A DNA stretch of 64,000 bases from Deltaproteobacteria bacterium (GTDB lineage Bacteria; Myxococcota; Myxococcia; Myxococcales; 40CM-4-68-19), in contig VBLC01000046.1 of assembly GCA_005879315.1 (NCBI GenBank), positions 132,701 through 196,700 of the forward strand, written 5' to 3'. The position numbers and the translations under genes are program-made. The first letter of the stretch is position 1. Each line of letters starts with the position of its first letter. A model generated the notes under the pieces. It had not been told where the DNA came from. It was given only the letters and a program-made list of their open reading frames with translations, and did not search any database. Shown here in pieces: positions 37,382 through 46,722 of this stretch.

Positions 37382-39250
37382 TCAGCGCCGGTCGAGGGCG
37401 CGCAGCTCTTCCGCCGCGAACTTCGCCTCGACGTCGCGAGTGGCTTGCTCGAGGGCCTTCTGGAAAAGACTGCGGGCTCCAGCGCGGTCGCCGCCTGTCG
37501 CGCGCAGAAGCGCCAGGTAGTAGTAGGCTTGGCAGAGCTGCGACGGCTTCTCGTCCTCATCGGCCTCGCCCGCGGTCTTGAGCGCCGCATCCTCGCTCTC
37601 TTGCCCCGCATAGACGCGCACCAGCGGCGCCGGCCAGTCTTCGTCGTCCAGCTCGCGGACGTACCGGGCCGCCTCGTTCTTCGCCTGCTCGGCGCGGCCG
37701 CTGCGACGCAGCAGCGCGTAGAGCTCGAGGTGCGAGCGGATGTCTCCGGGATTCCGGTCTGCCTGTGCGCGCAGCATGTCTTCGGCCTGCTTCGGCCTGC
37801 CCGCGTTGGCCACGGCGCGGGCGCCGGTGATCACGCCCAAGCTCGCCTCCGGCTGGCGAAGAACGGCGCGCAGGTGCTCGCCAAGCTGCTGCTTGAACTG
37901 CTTCTCGTCGAAGACGGGCGGCTTCGGAACAGGCGGGATGGGTGACACGCCGGGGACGACCGGCTGCGGCGGAAGCCCCGTGCGCCGCTCCAGCTCGGCC
38001 CGCCGCTGCCTGGACGAGCGCCGTTGGACGATCACCCCGGAGCAGAAGGCCGCCAGGATGGCCACGGTCGCCAGCGCGAGGACAGATCTCGTCGATCGCC
38101 GCCGCGGCGCGGCTGCGACCGGCGCTCCTTGCCCCAGGCTCTCCAGCGCGCGGGCCATCCCGGCCCCGTCGGCGAATCGGCGCGATGGCTCTTTCTCCAG
38201 CGCGCGGGAGACGACCGCCGCAAGTCCCTGCGGCGCGGAAACAGGCAGCGGGTCCGGCTGCGCCGTGAGAGTCGCGTGCCCTGCCTCGATCAGCGACCGG
38301 CCGCGGAAGGCGCGCCTTCCCGAGAGCATCTCGTAGAGGATCGCGCCGGCGCTGAAGACGTCGGAGGGAGGCCCGGCCTTCTCGCCTCGCGCCTGCTCCG
38401 GCGAGAGATACCCCGGCGTCCCGAAGATGGCGCCGCTGACGGTGAGTGCGCTGTCGCCCTCGGCGGGTGTGACCAGCTTGGCCAGACCGAAGTCGAGAAT
38501 CTTCAGTCGGCCGTCTTCGGTGACGAAGACGTTCTCGGGCTTGAGGTCGCGATGCACGACGCCGCGTCCGTGCGCCGCGGCCAGCCCGCGCGCGAGCTGT
38601 AGTCCGAGATTGTGCGCTTGCGCGGGCGGCAGCGGTCCCTTTGCGAGCACGGTGCGCAGCGTGTGCCCTTCGAGGAGCTCGGTGACGAGAAACGGCACGC
38701 CATCCTCCTCGCCGAGGTCGTACACGGCGAGCACGTTCGGGTGCTCGAGCGAACCGGCCATGCGCGCCTCCTGCTCGAAGCGGCGCACCCGCTCGGGCTC
38801 GTGCGCTCCGGTGACGACCTTGATCGCCACCCGGCGGCCGAGCCGCGTGTCCATCGCAGCCAGCACGCGGCCCATTCCTCCAGCGCCGAGCTCGCGCTCG
38901 ATCCGATACCGGCCGTTGGCCAGCGTCGCTCCCTTCTCGAGTGCGGCTTGCGGCGGCGCGGTGGCAGGCGCGGGCGTGGCCGGCCCGGGCGAGATCTGCC
39001 TCGGCGATCGCGGCGGCGCCTGCGTCAGGACGAAGCCGCGCCGGGTCAGGTCGAAGAACCAGGAGATCACCGCCGTCGCCAGAAGGCCCAGCGCAGCGAT
39101 CCAGATCAGCGCCCGCATCGTCCAGGGCGGCAGATCCATGCCGTGCACGACGATGTCGGCGAGCTGCAGCCCGCCCGCCGCCACGACGGCGTAGGCGGTC
39201 ACCGCGCCGAGGACGCCGCGCCGCCGCAGCTCGGACAAGGAGAGGTTCAC
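37382..39250 (-). CDS. Membrane Hanks-type Ser/Thr kinase with N-terminal TM hairpin and C-terminal TPR
   Basis: LGAGGMG, VAIK, HRDLKPEN, DFGLAK, GTPGYLSPEQ; TMs on both sides of the kinase domain. Confidence 0.93.
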   Translation of the reverse strand: MNLSLSELRRRGVLGAVTAYAVVAAGGLQLADIVVHGMDLPPWTMRALIWIAALGLLATAVISWFFDLTRRGFVLTQAPPRSPRQISPGPATPAPATAPPQAALEKGATLANGRYRIERELGAGGMGRVLAAMDTRLGRRVAIKVVTGAHEPERVRRFEQEARMAGSLEHPNVLAVYDLGEEDGVPFLVTELLEGHTLRTVLAKGPLPPAQAHNLGLQLARGLAAAHGRGVVHRDLKPENVFVTEDGRLKILDFGLAKLVTPAEGDSALTVSGAIFGTPGYLSPEQARGEKAGPPSDVFSAGAILYEMLSGRRAFRGRSLIEAGHATLTAQPDPLPVSAPQGLAAVVSRALEKEPSRRFADGAGMARALESLGQGAPVAAAPRRRSTRSVLALATVAILAAFCSGVIVQRRSSRQRRAELERRTGLPPQPVVPGVSPIPPVPKPPVFDEKQFKQQLGEHLRAVLRQPEASLGVITGARAVANAGRPKQAEDMLRAQADRNPGDIRSHLELYALLRRSGRAEQAKNEAARYVRELDDEDWPAPLVRVYAGQESEDAALKTAGEADEDEKPSQLCQAYYYLALLRATGGDRAGARSLFQKALEQATRDVEAKFAAEELRALDRR

Positions 39251-39300
39251 CGCGCGGAGCCTAGCTCGCCGGCAGCCGTTCTGCGCCGGAAAACGCACCC

Positions 39301-39993
39301 TTGTTCAGGTGTGGTGCCTTGCGGCCTTCACGGCCGAATCCTCTAGTGTCCGAGGCCGTGTTCTGGAGAAGGAGCTACGATCGGCGGGATGCGCTCGCTG
39401 TTGCCGAGAAGGCGAAGGCTCGCGGCAGCGTGCGAAAGGCAGTTCGCTGGTATCGCAAAGTGCTCGACCACGACCCCAACGATCTTCCGGTGCGGGCCAA
39501 GATCGCGCCGCTCCTCGCCCGCCTCAAGCGCTGGGACGAGGCGAAGAGCAATTTCGACGTGGCCGCGGCCGGGTTTCTCTCGGCCGGTTTCGTTCCCAAG
39601 GCCATCGCGGTCTGGACGGTGGCGGCGCAGACATTCCCCGAGCACGTCGAATACTGGGAACGCATCGCCAACGAGCAGGTCAAGTCCGGCAAGCGGCAGG
39701 ACGCGGTGCAGTCGCTGCTTCTCGGCCGCTCGATGCTTCGCCACAAGCGGCAGCGGCCGCTGGCCGCGCTCCTTCTGCGCCAGGTGCTGGCGCTGGAAGG
39801 AACGCACGTCGATGCGACGCTCGATCTCGCCGATCTCCTGCGCCGCGACGGCATCCGCGAGGAAGCGAGGCGGCTTCTCGCGGGGCTGCTCGGAGTGGTG
39901 GCCGGCCGCGCCCAGCGCCGCCGGGTCCGCTTTGCCCAGTTCCGCCTCGAACCCACTTTCCGCGGCGCCTTCGACTGGGCGTTTGCCCGCTGA
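39301..39993 (+). CDS. TPR-repeat protein
   Basis: Helical repeats A..WYRKVLDHDPND; start probably about 39358. Confidence 0.65.
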   Translation: MFRCGALRPSRPNPLVSEAVFWRRSYDRRDALAVAEKAKARGSVRKAVRWYRKVLDHDPNDLPVRAKIAPLLARLKRWDEAKSNFDVAAAGFLSAGFVPKAIAVWTVAAQTFPEHVEYWERIANEQVKSGKRQDAVQSLLLGRSMLRHKRQRPLAALLLRQVLALEGTHVDATLDLADLLRRDGIREEARRLLAGLLGVVAGRAQRRRVRFAQFRLEPTFRGAFDWAFAR

Positions 39994-40017
39994 CGTTTCA
40001 AAAGGAGGAAGAAGGAA

Positions 40018-41457
40018 ATGGAACACCTTTATCTCTGGCCGACGAACCCGGCCGCGTCGTTGCTGGCGATTTGGGTGCTCAGCCAGGTCTTCCTCTATTT
40101 CGCGCGGGCGCCGATGCACCGCGCCTTCCGGGCCCTTGCGCGCCTGACCGGCGGAGCCTTCCGGATCGCAGCGCGCTGGTGCCGGGGAATGGGGCAGATC
40201 GTCGCCAAGCGCGACCACGAGATGATCGTCGAGATGGGCAAGGGTGACCTCGAGGCCAAGATCGGCCGCGAGTTCCACCGCGTCGAGGGCGCCTTCGCCA
40301 AGGAGCTGGCCCGCTATCCCGACCTGCACCGCAAGATCGATGACGTGGTGACCAAGGTCGACGCCGACTTCCAGGAGTGCGCCACCGCCTCGCCCGAGGC
40401 CCCGGGCTGGACGGAGGCGGTCGCGGCGGTGGCGAAGATGCCGCCCAACAGCGACCGCGTGGTGCAGAAGGTCCTCGAGGAGATCCAGAAGTCGGCCACC
40501 GCCGGCGAGAAGAAGGCGCTGCAGGAGTTCCGCGACGCCACCTCCAAGCGGCACAAGATCCTCGGCAGCATGGCTCCCGCCTGGAAGGAGCTGACCAAGC
40601 TCGCCAGCGAAGTGAGCAACGCCGTCACCGGCGCGCTCGAGTCCACCAAGCGCATCGACGGTTACATGACGCAGTACGAGAAGGTGCGGCAGGCCGATCA
40701 GAAGGCGGTGCGCTCCTTGGGGTGGAACTCGACGCAGCTGTTCGTCGTCTCGGTGCTGGTGATGGCCGTGGCGATGGGCGGCGCGTTCGTCAACTTCAAC
40801 CTCATCGCGCTGCCGATGAGCGAGCTCGTTCCCTCCGGCAGCCGCATCGGCGGCATGCCGGTGGCGACGGTGGCCGCGCTGGTGATCGTGCTGATGGAAG
40901 TGGCGGCCGGCATCTTCGCCATGGAGATGCTGGGCATCACCAGCTTCTTCCCCAAGCTCGAGCTGCTCCCCAAGTCGCGGCGGCGGATGATCCTCACCGT
41001 TGCGCTGGGCGGCCTCTTGCTCCTCGCCTGCATCGAGGCGTCACTGGCGATCCTCCGCGAGCAGATCGTCGAGTCCTCCAGCGTGCTGAAGCAGGCTCTC
41101 GCCGGCGTCTCGGCGGCGCCGGTGGCCCAGACCGCGACCTCGAAAATCCCCGTCATCGGGCAGGCTGTGCTGGGCTTCGTGCTGCCCTGGATTCTCGCCA
41201 TGGTGGCGGTCCCACTCGAGACGCTGATCTCGACCGGCGGCCACATCGTGCTCAGCGCGACGGCAGGCCTCCTGCACCTCGGGAGCATGCTCTCGCGGCT
41301 GGGCGGCCACCTCATGCGCTACCTCCTCGAGGGGCTGCGGCACGTCTACGACATCTACATCGTCATTCCGCTGCAGATCGAGAAGATGGTGGGCAGCAGC
41401 AAGGGGGCTCAGGCGCTCCCGCCCGTCGCCTCGCTGCGGCCGGGGAGTCGCCCATGA
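40018..41457 (+). CDS. Membrane protein with long coiled-coil region and several C-terminal TMs
   Basis: AGGA RBS; N-terminal TM, about 200 aa helical region, TM block. Confidence 0.8.
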   Translation: MEHLYLWPTNPAASLLAIWVLSQVFLYFARAPMHRAFRALARLTGGAFRIAARWCRGMGQIVAKRDHEMIVEMGKGDLEAKIGREFHRVEGAFAKELARYPDLHRKIDDVVTKVDADFQECATASPEAPGWTEAVAAVAKMPPNSDRVVQKVLEEIQKSATAGEKKALQEFRDATSKRHKILGSMAPAWKELTKLASEVSNAVTGALESTKRIDGYMTQYEKVRQADQKAVRSLGWNSTQLFVVSVLVMAVAMGGAFVNFNLIALPMSELVPSGSRIGGMPVATVAALVIVLMEVAAGIFAMEMLGITSFFPKLELLPKSRRRMILTVALGGLLLLACIEASLAILREQIVESSSVLKQALAGVSAAPVAQTATSKIPVIGQAVLGFVLPWILAMVAVPLETLISTGGHIVLSATAGLLHLGSMLSRLGGHLMRYLLEGLRHVYDIYIVIPLQIEKMVGSSKGAQALPPVASLRPGSRP

Positions 41458-42101
41458 AGCGGATCGCGCTCGCTGCCCTGTTGGCGGCTTCTTGCTCGAG
41501 CGGCACGCAGTACGCCCACGCCGTCTGCGCGCTGGTCGACGTGTCGGGCACCTACGTCGACCAGAAGGAAGAAGTGGTCAACGTCATCCGGCGCGGCCTT
41601 TTGCCCAAGCTCACCCCGGGCGACAGCATCTACGTCATCCGCATCGACGACGAGAGCTACAAGAAGAACAACGTCGAAGCGTCGCTCAAGCTCGACATCC
41701 GCCCCTCGCGGGCGAATGCCCAGAAGCTCGCCTTCGCCTCGCAGCTGGACGCCTTCGCCCACCGCAGGACGCGGGCCGGGCACACCGACATCCGCGGGGC
41801 GATGATGCTCGGCGCCGAGTACCTGCGCGAGAGCGGGGCGGGCCGCAAGACGATGGTGGTCTTCTCCGACATGGAGGAGGACCTGCCGCGCGGCGTGAAG
41901 CGCGACCTCGCCCCCGACGAGCTCAAGGGCGTGCGGGTGGTGGCGATGAACGTCAAGCGGCTCGCCGCCGACAACGCCAACCCCGGCGCCTATCGGCAGC
42001 GGCTCTCGACCTGGGAGAAGCAGGCGACCGGCCACGGCGCCAAGGATTTTCGCGTCGTCCTCGATCCGGAGAAGCTGCTCGAGATGCTCGACGAGGGTTG
42101 A
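41454..42101 (+). CDS. VWA-domain lipoprotein
   Basis: ATGA overlap; lipobox AASC; MIDAS-like DVSGT, TDI, FSD. Confidence 0.8.
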   Translation: MKRIALAALLAASCSSGTQYAHAVCALVDVSGTYVDQKEEVVNVIRRGLLPKLTPGDSIYVIRIDDESYKKNNVEASLKLDIRPSRANAQKLAFASQLDAFAHRRTRAGHTDIRGAMMLGAEYLRESGAGRKTMVVFSDMEEDLPRGVKRDLAPDELKGVRVVAMNVKRLAADNANPGAYRQRLSTWEKQATGHGAKDFRVVLDPEKLLEMLDEG

Positions 42102-42141
42102 CCGACCGTTGCCCCCGGGTGTCGAATGACCCGGGGGCGCA

Positions 42142-42855
42142 GTGGCCGAGAACATCTACAAGCTCTTGCAGGGCGCGGAGGAGACCGCCCAGACCTCGCA
42201 GGCGTCGATCTTCGGCGTCGAGGTGGCGCTGGTCACCAACGTCAACGATCCGCAGAAGGAGGGGCGGGTGAAGGTCTGCCTGCCGCGGCTGCCGGGAAAG
42301 CCCGAGAGCGGCTGGGCTCGCATCGCCCAGCCCGCGGCAGGCCCCGGCCGCGGGATGTATTGGCTCCCGCTGGTCGGCGACGAAGTGCTCGTCGGCTTCG
42401 AGCGCGGCAGCGTCAGCCATCCCTACGTCATCGGCTGCCTGTGGAACGGCAAAGACAAGCCGATGAAGAACGCCTTCAATCCCGACAACACCACGCGGAT
42501 GATCCAGACCGCGTCCGGTCACCTGGTCATCCTCGAGGACAAGGACGGCGAGGAGAAGATCATCATCGCCGACAGCTCGGGGAAGAGGACCGTCACCTTC
42601 GACGTGAAGGCGAAGAAGTTCATCGTCGAGGCGAAAGAGGGAGACGTCGAGATCAGCGCAGAGAAGAAGATCGTGCTGCACTGCGAGGATCTCGAAATCA
42701 AGTCGACGAAGACGGGCAAGGTGGACATCGGCAGCACCTTCGATCTGGTGGTGTCCGACAAGGGCGCGCTCAAGGCCGGGCCGCAGATGAACCTCAAGGC
42801 CCAGCGCGTGGATCTGAACCCGAGCGGCGGGGCGGGATCGGGCGGTGACGACTGA
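42142..42855 (+). CDS. Phage baseplate assembly protein V / Gp5-VgrG spike (OB-fold plus beta-helix)
   Basis: VTNVNDP..GRVKV.LP...WARIAQPAAGPGRG.YWLP.VGDEVLVGFE.G....PYVIG.LWN. Confidence 0.9.
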   Translation: MAENIYKLLQGAEETAQTSQASIFGVEVALVTNVNDPQKEGRVKVCLPRLPGKPESGWARIAQPAAGPGRGMYWLPLVGDEVLVGFERGSVSHPYVIGCLWNGKDKPMKNAFNPDNTTRMIQTASGHLVILEDKDGEEKIIIADSSGKRTVTFDVKAKKFIVEAKEGDVEISAEKKIVLHCEDLEIKSTKTGKVDIGSTFDLVVSDKGALKAGPQMNLKAQRVDLNPSGGAGSGGDD

Positions 42856-42864
42856 ACTTGGTGT

Positions 42865-42949
42865 TGGTGCCCAGGGCGAGATTCGAACTCGCACGCCTTA
42901 CGGCGCCGCCCCCTCAAGACGGTGTGTCTACCAGTTCCACCACCTGGGC
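42865..42949 (-). tRNA. tRNA-Leu(GAG)
   Basis: GCCCAGG/CCTGGGC acceptor stem, anticodon loop TT-GAG-GG, long variable arm, TTCGAAT, CCA; downstream of secG. Confidence 0.96.
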
Positions 42950-42998
42950 GAGAGCGAGAGGGAAGCGCTTCTAGCACTGCTCCGATCTCGCTGCAACG

Positions 42999-43418
42999 CT
43001 ACTTCTTGACGGGCGGCGGCGCGCTCTGACCTGGGGCGGGCGCGCTGGTCGGACCCGGCGCGGGTACCGCCGCGCCGCCTGTGACCGGAGCGGGCGCAGT
43101 CTGTCCCGTCGGCTCGAGCGGCTTCGGCTCGGAGGTCTTCTGTGTCGCCTGGGCCGCCAGGTTGCGCCGCGCGCGCAGTACCGAGTCGCTGTGCGACGAC
43201 CTCCAGGCGAGGCTCAACGAAGTGAGCATGAAGATGATGGCGCAGACGGTGGTGACCTTGGAGAGAAAGGTCACCGATCCGCGACCGCCGAAGACCGTGT
43301 TCGCCCCGCCGCCGCCGGCGAAGGCGGCCATCGCGTCGCCTTTTCCCGGCTGCAGGAGGATGACGAAGATGAGAAAGACGCTGACGACGACATGGACGGT
43401 GACGATGAAGGCGAACAT
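42999..43418 (-). CDS. secG: Preprotein translocase subunit SecG
   Basis: ILLQPGKG....FAGGG...TVFGGRG...FLSKVT; two TMs; followed by tRNA-Leu. Confidence 0.93.
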   Translation of the reverse strand: MFAFIVTVHVVVSVFLIFVILLQPGKGDAMAAFAGGGGANTVFGGRGSVTFLSKVTTVCAIIFMLTSLSLAWRSSHSDSVLRARRNLAAQATQKTSEPKPLEPTGQTAPAPVTGGAAVPAPGPTSAPAPGQSAPPPVKK

Positions 43419-43533
43419 GGGGCAGCGCGAATAACACGCGGGCAGCGAGGCGGCAAGGCCGGGCGGCTGCCGGCCCGCCCGCTTTCCGGCCGTGCGCGGA
43501 ACTGGTAAAGTTTCTCTCGGGGGAGCGCGAAGA

Positions 43534-44358
43534 ATGCCCGGCGCGGCGAGGCTCGGAGACAAGGCCCAGGTGCAGGCGGACGCCCACGGCTGCCCGGCCT
43601 GTCCTCATCCCGGGACGGGGCCCATCGTGGTGGCGTCGACGAATGTCTTCGTCAACAGCAAAGGCGCGGCGCGCAAGAAAGACCTGGGCATCCATGCCGC
43701 CTGCTGCGGACCGAACCTCTACAACATCAAGGAAGGTTCCCCCACCGTCTACGTCAACGGCCAGCCCATGGCCCGCATGCAGGATGGTACCAAGCACTGC
43801 GGCGGCGACGGCAACATTACCGAGGGGTCTCCCGACGTGCTCATCGACGACGGCGCCAGCGGCGCCGGCCTGGGCAGCTACCTCGTCAACGCCACCAAGA
43901 TCCTGCTGGAGAAAACCGCGGCGACCAAGGCGGCGCAGGCGAAAAAGATCTCCGACACGCACAAGGGCGGAGAGCCGGCGAAGGGCGGCGGCCGCGATCT
44001 CGCCAAGGACGAGAAGCCGGCGAAGAAGTCGGGCTCGATCACCGCCGCCAGGTGGGCCGTGCAGCGCGCCGCCAACGGACAGGAAGTCGAGCTGCACATC
44101 GAGACCCAGGACGGCAAGGGCCAGCTCACCATCGAGATCTGGGCGCAGAGCGCCGACCGCACGCAGGACAAGAAAGTGAAGAGCGAGAGCGCCTCGGCCG
44201 GCAAGAGAGTGAAGAAGAAGATCAAGCTGGCGATCCCGCCCGATGCTGCGGCGGGCAACGAATGCTCCTTCTACTTCGTCGTCAAGGACGAGGAGGGCGG
44301 CGAGCAGAGAAGCGATCCGCTCTTCGTCGACCGCGCGCCCTTCAAGTTCTCCGTCTGA
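43534..44358 (+). CDS. PAAR-domain protein with Lys-rich linker and beta-rich C-terminal extension
   Basis: GAARLGD, GAARKKD, PMARMQD repeats; HGCPACPH, GSPTVYVNG, GSPDVLI. Confidence 0.9.
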   Translation: MPGAARLGDKAQVQADAHGCPACPHPGTGPIVVASTNVFVNSKGAARKKDLGIHAACCGPNLYNIKEGSPTVYVNGQPMARMQDGTKHCGGDGNITEGSPDVLIDDGASGAGLGSYLVNATKILLEKTAATKAAQAKKISDTHKGGEPAKGGGRDLAKDEKPAKKSGSITAARWAVQRAANGQEVELHIETQDGKGQLTIEIWAQSADRTQDKKVKSESASAGKRVKKKIKLAIPPDAAAGNECSFYFVVKDEEGGEQRSDPLFVDRAPFKFSV

Positions 44359-44384
44359 GGGCGAGCGCGCTCAGGCTTGCCTGA

Positions 44385-45095
44385 TCACATTTCGATGAGG
44401 CCTTTGCGCAGGCCCTCGGTGACGGCCTCGACGCGGTTGGTGACGTCGAGCTTCTCGTAGATGTGCTCGAGATGCGTGCGCACGGTGGCGCGCGAGAGGC
44501 CGAGGACCTGCGCGGCCTCCTTGTTCGAGAGGCCCTTGGCGATGAGGCGGAGAATCTCGATCTCGCGCTCGGTGAGCGGCCGCATGGGGGGTTCTTCGCG
44601 GTGGCCGGGCGGCAGCGGCGCCTTCTCCGGCGGTGCACCTTCCTCCGGCACGTGGAAATGCCGCAGCAAGCGCCGCGCGAGATTGGGCTGGATGATCGTC
44701 CCGCCCGCCTTCACCTCGCGGATGGCCTCGATCACTTTCTCCGACGGCGCGCCCTTCAAGAGATATCCGCTGGCGCCGGCCTTGACGGCCTCGATGACCT
44801 TCTCCTCTTCGTCGAAGATGGTGAAGACCAGCACCTCGATCTGGGGCCAGCGCTTCTTCACCTGGCGCGTGACCTCGATGCCGGTCATCCGCGGCAGGCC
44901 CAGGTCCTGGAGGATGACGTCGGGCGGCGGCTGCTTCTTCTCGAGGAGCTCCAGCGCGGCTTCGCCCGAGAGCGCGGTGCCGACCACCTCGATCTCCGGC
45001 GACTCCTGGAGGATCTTGAGCTGGTTCTTGAGGATCTGCGGCTGGTCCTCGACGATCAGGACCCTGATCCTCGGTGCTGCGGTTGCGGCGCTCAT
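44385..45095 (-). CDS. NarL/LuxR-family response regulator
   Basis: IVEDQ, QDLGLP, GASGYLLK, LTEREIEILRLIAKGLSNKE. Confidence 0.93.
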   Translation of the reverse strand: MSAATAAPRIRVLIVEDQPQILKNQLKILQESPEIEVVGTALSGEAALELLEKKQPPPDVILQDLGLPRMTGIEVTRQVKKRWPQIEVLVFTIFDEEEKVIEAVKAGASGYLLKGAPSEKVIEAIREVKAGGTIIQPNLARRLLRHFHVPEEGAPPEKAPLPPGHREEPPMRPLTEREIEILRLIAKGLSNKEAAQVLGLSRATVRTHLEHIYEKLDVTNRVEAVTEGLRKGLIEM

Positions 45096-46414
45096 CTCGG
45101 TAGCTCCTCTCCGGCGTAAACGGTCAGCTCGATGCACGTCCCGTGGCCGGGCTCGGACGTCATCCGGATCTGTCCACCGACTTTGTGGGCGCGCTCGCGC
45201 ATGTTGGCGAGCCCATAGTGTCCGTCGCGCGAGAGAGCGGCCGGCTCCTTGGGAAGGGCGAAGCCGTTGCCGCGGTCCTGCACGGTGAGCCGCGCCGAGC
45301 CGGAGGTGAAGGTGAGAGTGACCTCGACCGGCGTCCCCTTGCCGCAATGCTTGCTCACGTTGGTGAGCGATTCCTGCAGCACGCGGAAGAGAGCGAGCGC
45401 GCTCTCGGGCCCGACCTGCCGCTCGCGGCCGACGCGCGAGAAGCGCACCTCCAGCCGATGCCGGCCGCTCGCCATCTTGCAGTAGTCCGCGAGCGTGGCG
45501 ACGAGGTCGAAGTCCTCCTTCATCATCCGCAGCGAGCGGCGCAGCTCGTCCATCGAGTCTTCCGCCGCCTGGTGCAGGTCGGAGATCTCCTTGCGGATGG
45601 TGGGGAGGATGGCCGCGCGGGCCTCGCTCGTGCCCTGCAGGCGCGAGCGCACTTCCGAGCCGTCGATCATGTTGAGCAGATACTCGCTCTGGATGGCGAC
45701 CGAGCTGAGCACTCCGCCCAGGCCGTCGTGGATCTCGCGCGCCAGGCGATTGCGCTCTTCCATCACCGCCATCTCCTTCAGCGCGAGCGAGAGCTTCTGC
45801 AGCTCGCGGTGCTTCATCCTGTCGCGCTCGTTCAGATAGACCATGACGTAGACGAGGATGCAGTTGATGGCCGAGTACCAGAGCAGGATGAAGATGTCGA
45901 CCTGCACGACCGCGTGGCCGCCGAGGAGCTGATCGAGCTTGGCTACCGCCGGGAAGGTGAGCAGCGGCGGCACCACCGAGAGCGGAGTAGGGAAGAGCAC
46001 GACGAAGAGCGTGGTGAAGAGCAGCTGCGCCGCGAGCAGCGGGCTGCGCAGGCCGCCGGTGACGCTCACCAGCCAGACGAGAACGCAGAGGTCGGCGCAG
46101 AGCGTGATGAAGGTGAGCGCGCGGCCGACCTTCTTCCTCGGCAGGAAGACGTAGTTGGCTGCGCTGTAGGCGACCATCACCAGATACACGGCGAAAGCGC
46201 CAGGCCCGCCGACGCCGAACGCCTGCGACCAGGCGGGCACGCCGATGACTCCGAGGCCGAGCACGAGGAAGGCGAGCCGGGCGTAGAAGAGAGCGCGCGC
46301 CCGGGTGATGAAGCGGTCCTCGGTGAACCGGGTGGCGCCGCCGATCTCCAACTTGCCGCCGAACAGACCGCCGCCCCGCGCGGGAGGGAGCACGGCAGCG
46401 GTCGTTTCGCTCAC
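45092..46414 (-). CDS. Membrane histidine kinase (HisKA_3 type)
   Basis: ERNRLAREIHDGLG, QESLTNVSKH, DRGNGF, GHYGL.NMRER. Confidence 0.93.
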   Translation of the reverse strand: MSETTAAVLPPARGGGLFGGKLEIGGATRFTEDRFITRARALFYARLAFLVLGLGVIGVPAWSQAFGVGGPGAFAVYLVMVAYSAANYVFLPRKKVGRALTFITLCADLCVLVWLVSVTGGLRSPLLAAQLLFTTLFVVLFPTPLSVVPPLLTFPAVAKLDQLLGGHAVVQVDIFILLWYSAINCILVYVMVYLNERDRMKHRELQKLSLALKEMAVMEERNRLAREIHDGLGGVLSSVAIQSEYLLNMIDGSEVRSRLQGTSEARAAILPTIRKEISDLHQAAEDSMDELRRSLRMMKEDFDLVATLADYCKMASGRHRLEVRFSRVGRERQVGPESALALFRVLQESLTNVSKHCGKGTPVEVTLTFTSGSARLTVQDRGNGFALPKEPAALSRDGHYGLANMRERAHKVGGQIRMTSEPGHGTCIELTVYAGEELPR

Positions 46415-46453
46415 GGCGCGCGACGATAGCAGCCGCGCGAGGGAGCGAGCAAT

Positions 46454-46705
46454 CTACCGATCGGCGGCGCAGGCGGCCGCGATCTCGGGGTGGCGCTCGC
46501 GAATGTAATCGAGGCGGTCGCGCGACTTGCCGGTCTTCTCGTCGAAGAGAGGCGTGCCGCCGGCGTAGACGGTGTCCTTCGGATCGCCGAAGGAATTCAG
46601 GCCGCGAGCCGTCAACTGCGCGTCGAGGCAGGAGGGGGGCGCGGCCGCACGCTCCTGTGCCCGCTGGCAGGAACAGAGCAGCAAGAAGACAACCGCAGTG
46701 CGCAT
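46454..46705 (-). CDS. Small lipoprotein
   Basis: Lipobox-like LLCSC; LNSFGDP...YAGGTPLFDE. Confidence 0.65.
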   Translation of the reverse strand: MRTAVVFLLLCSCQRAQERAAAPPSCLDAQLTARGLNSFGDPKDTVYAGGTPLFDEKTGKSRDRLDYIRERHPEIAAACAADR

Positions 46706-46722
46706 CGCCTTAGAATGCCACC

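Noticed and set aside
29791-42949. Integrative island bounded by tRNA-Cys and tRNA-Leu
   Set aside because: No integrase, transposase or duplicated tRNA 3' end (att site) seen, and the interval contains a housekeeping-type RNA methyltransferase
42142-44358. Complete T6SS, eCIS or prophage
   Set aside because: Only spike and PAAR genes are present; no sheath, tube, baseplate, capsid, terminase or Tss genes in the window
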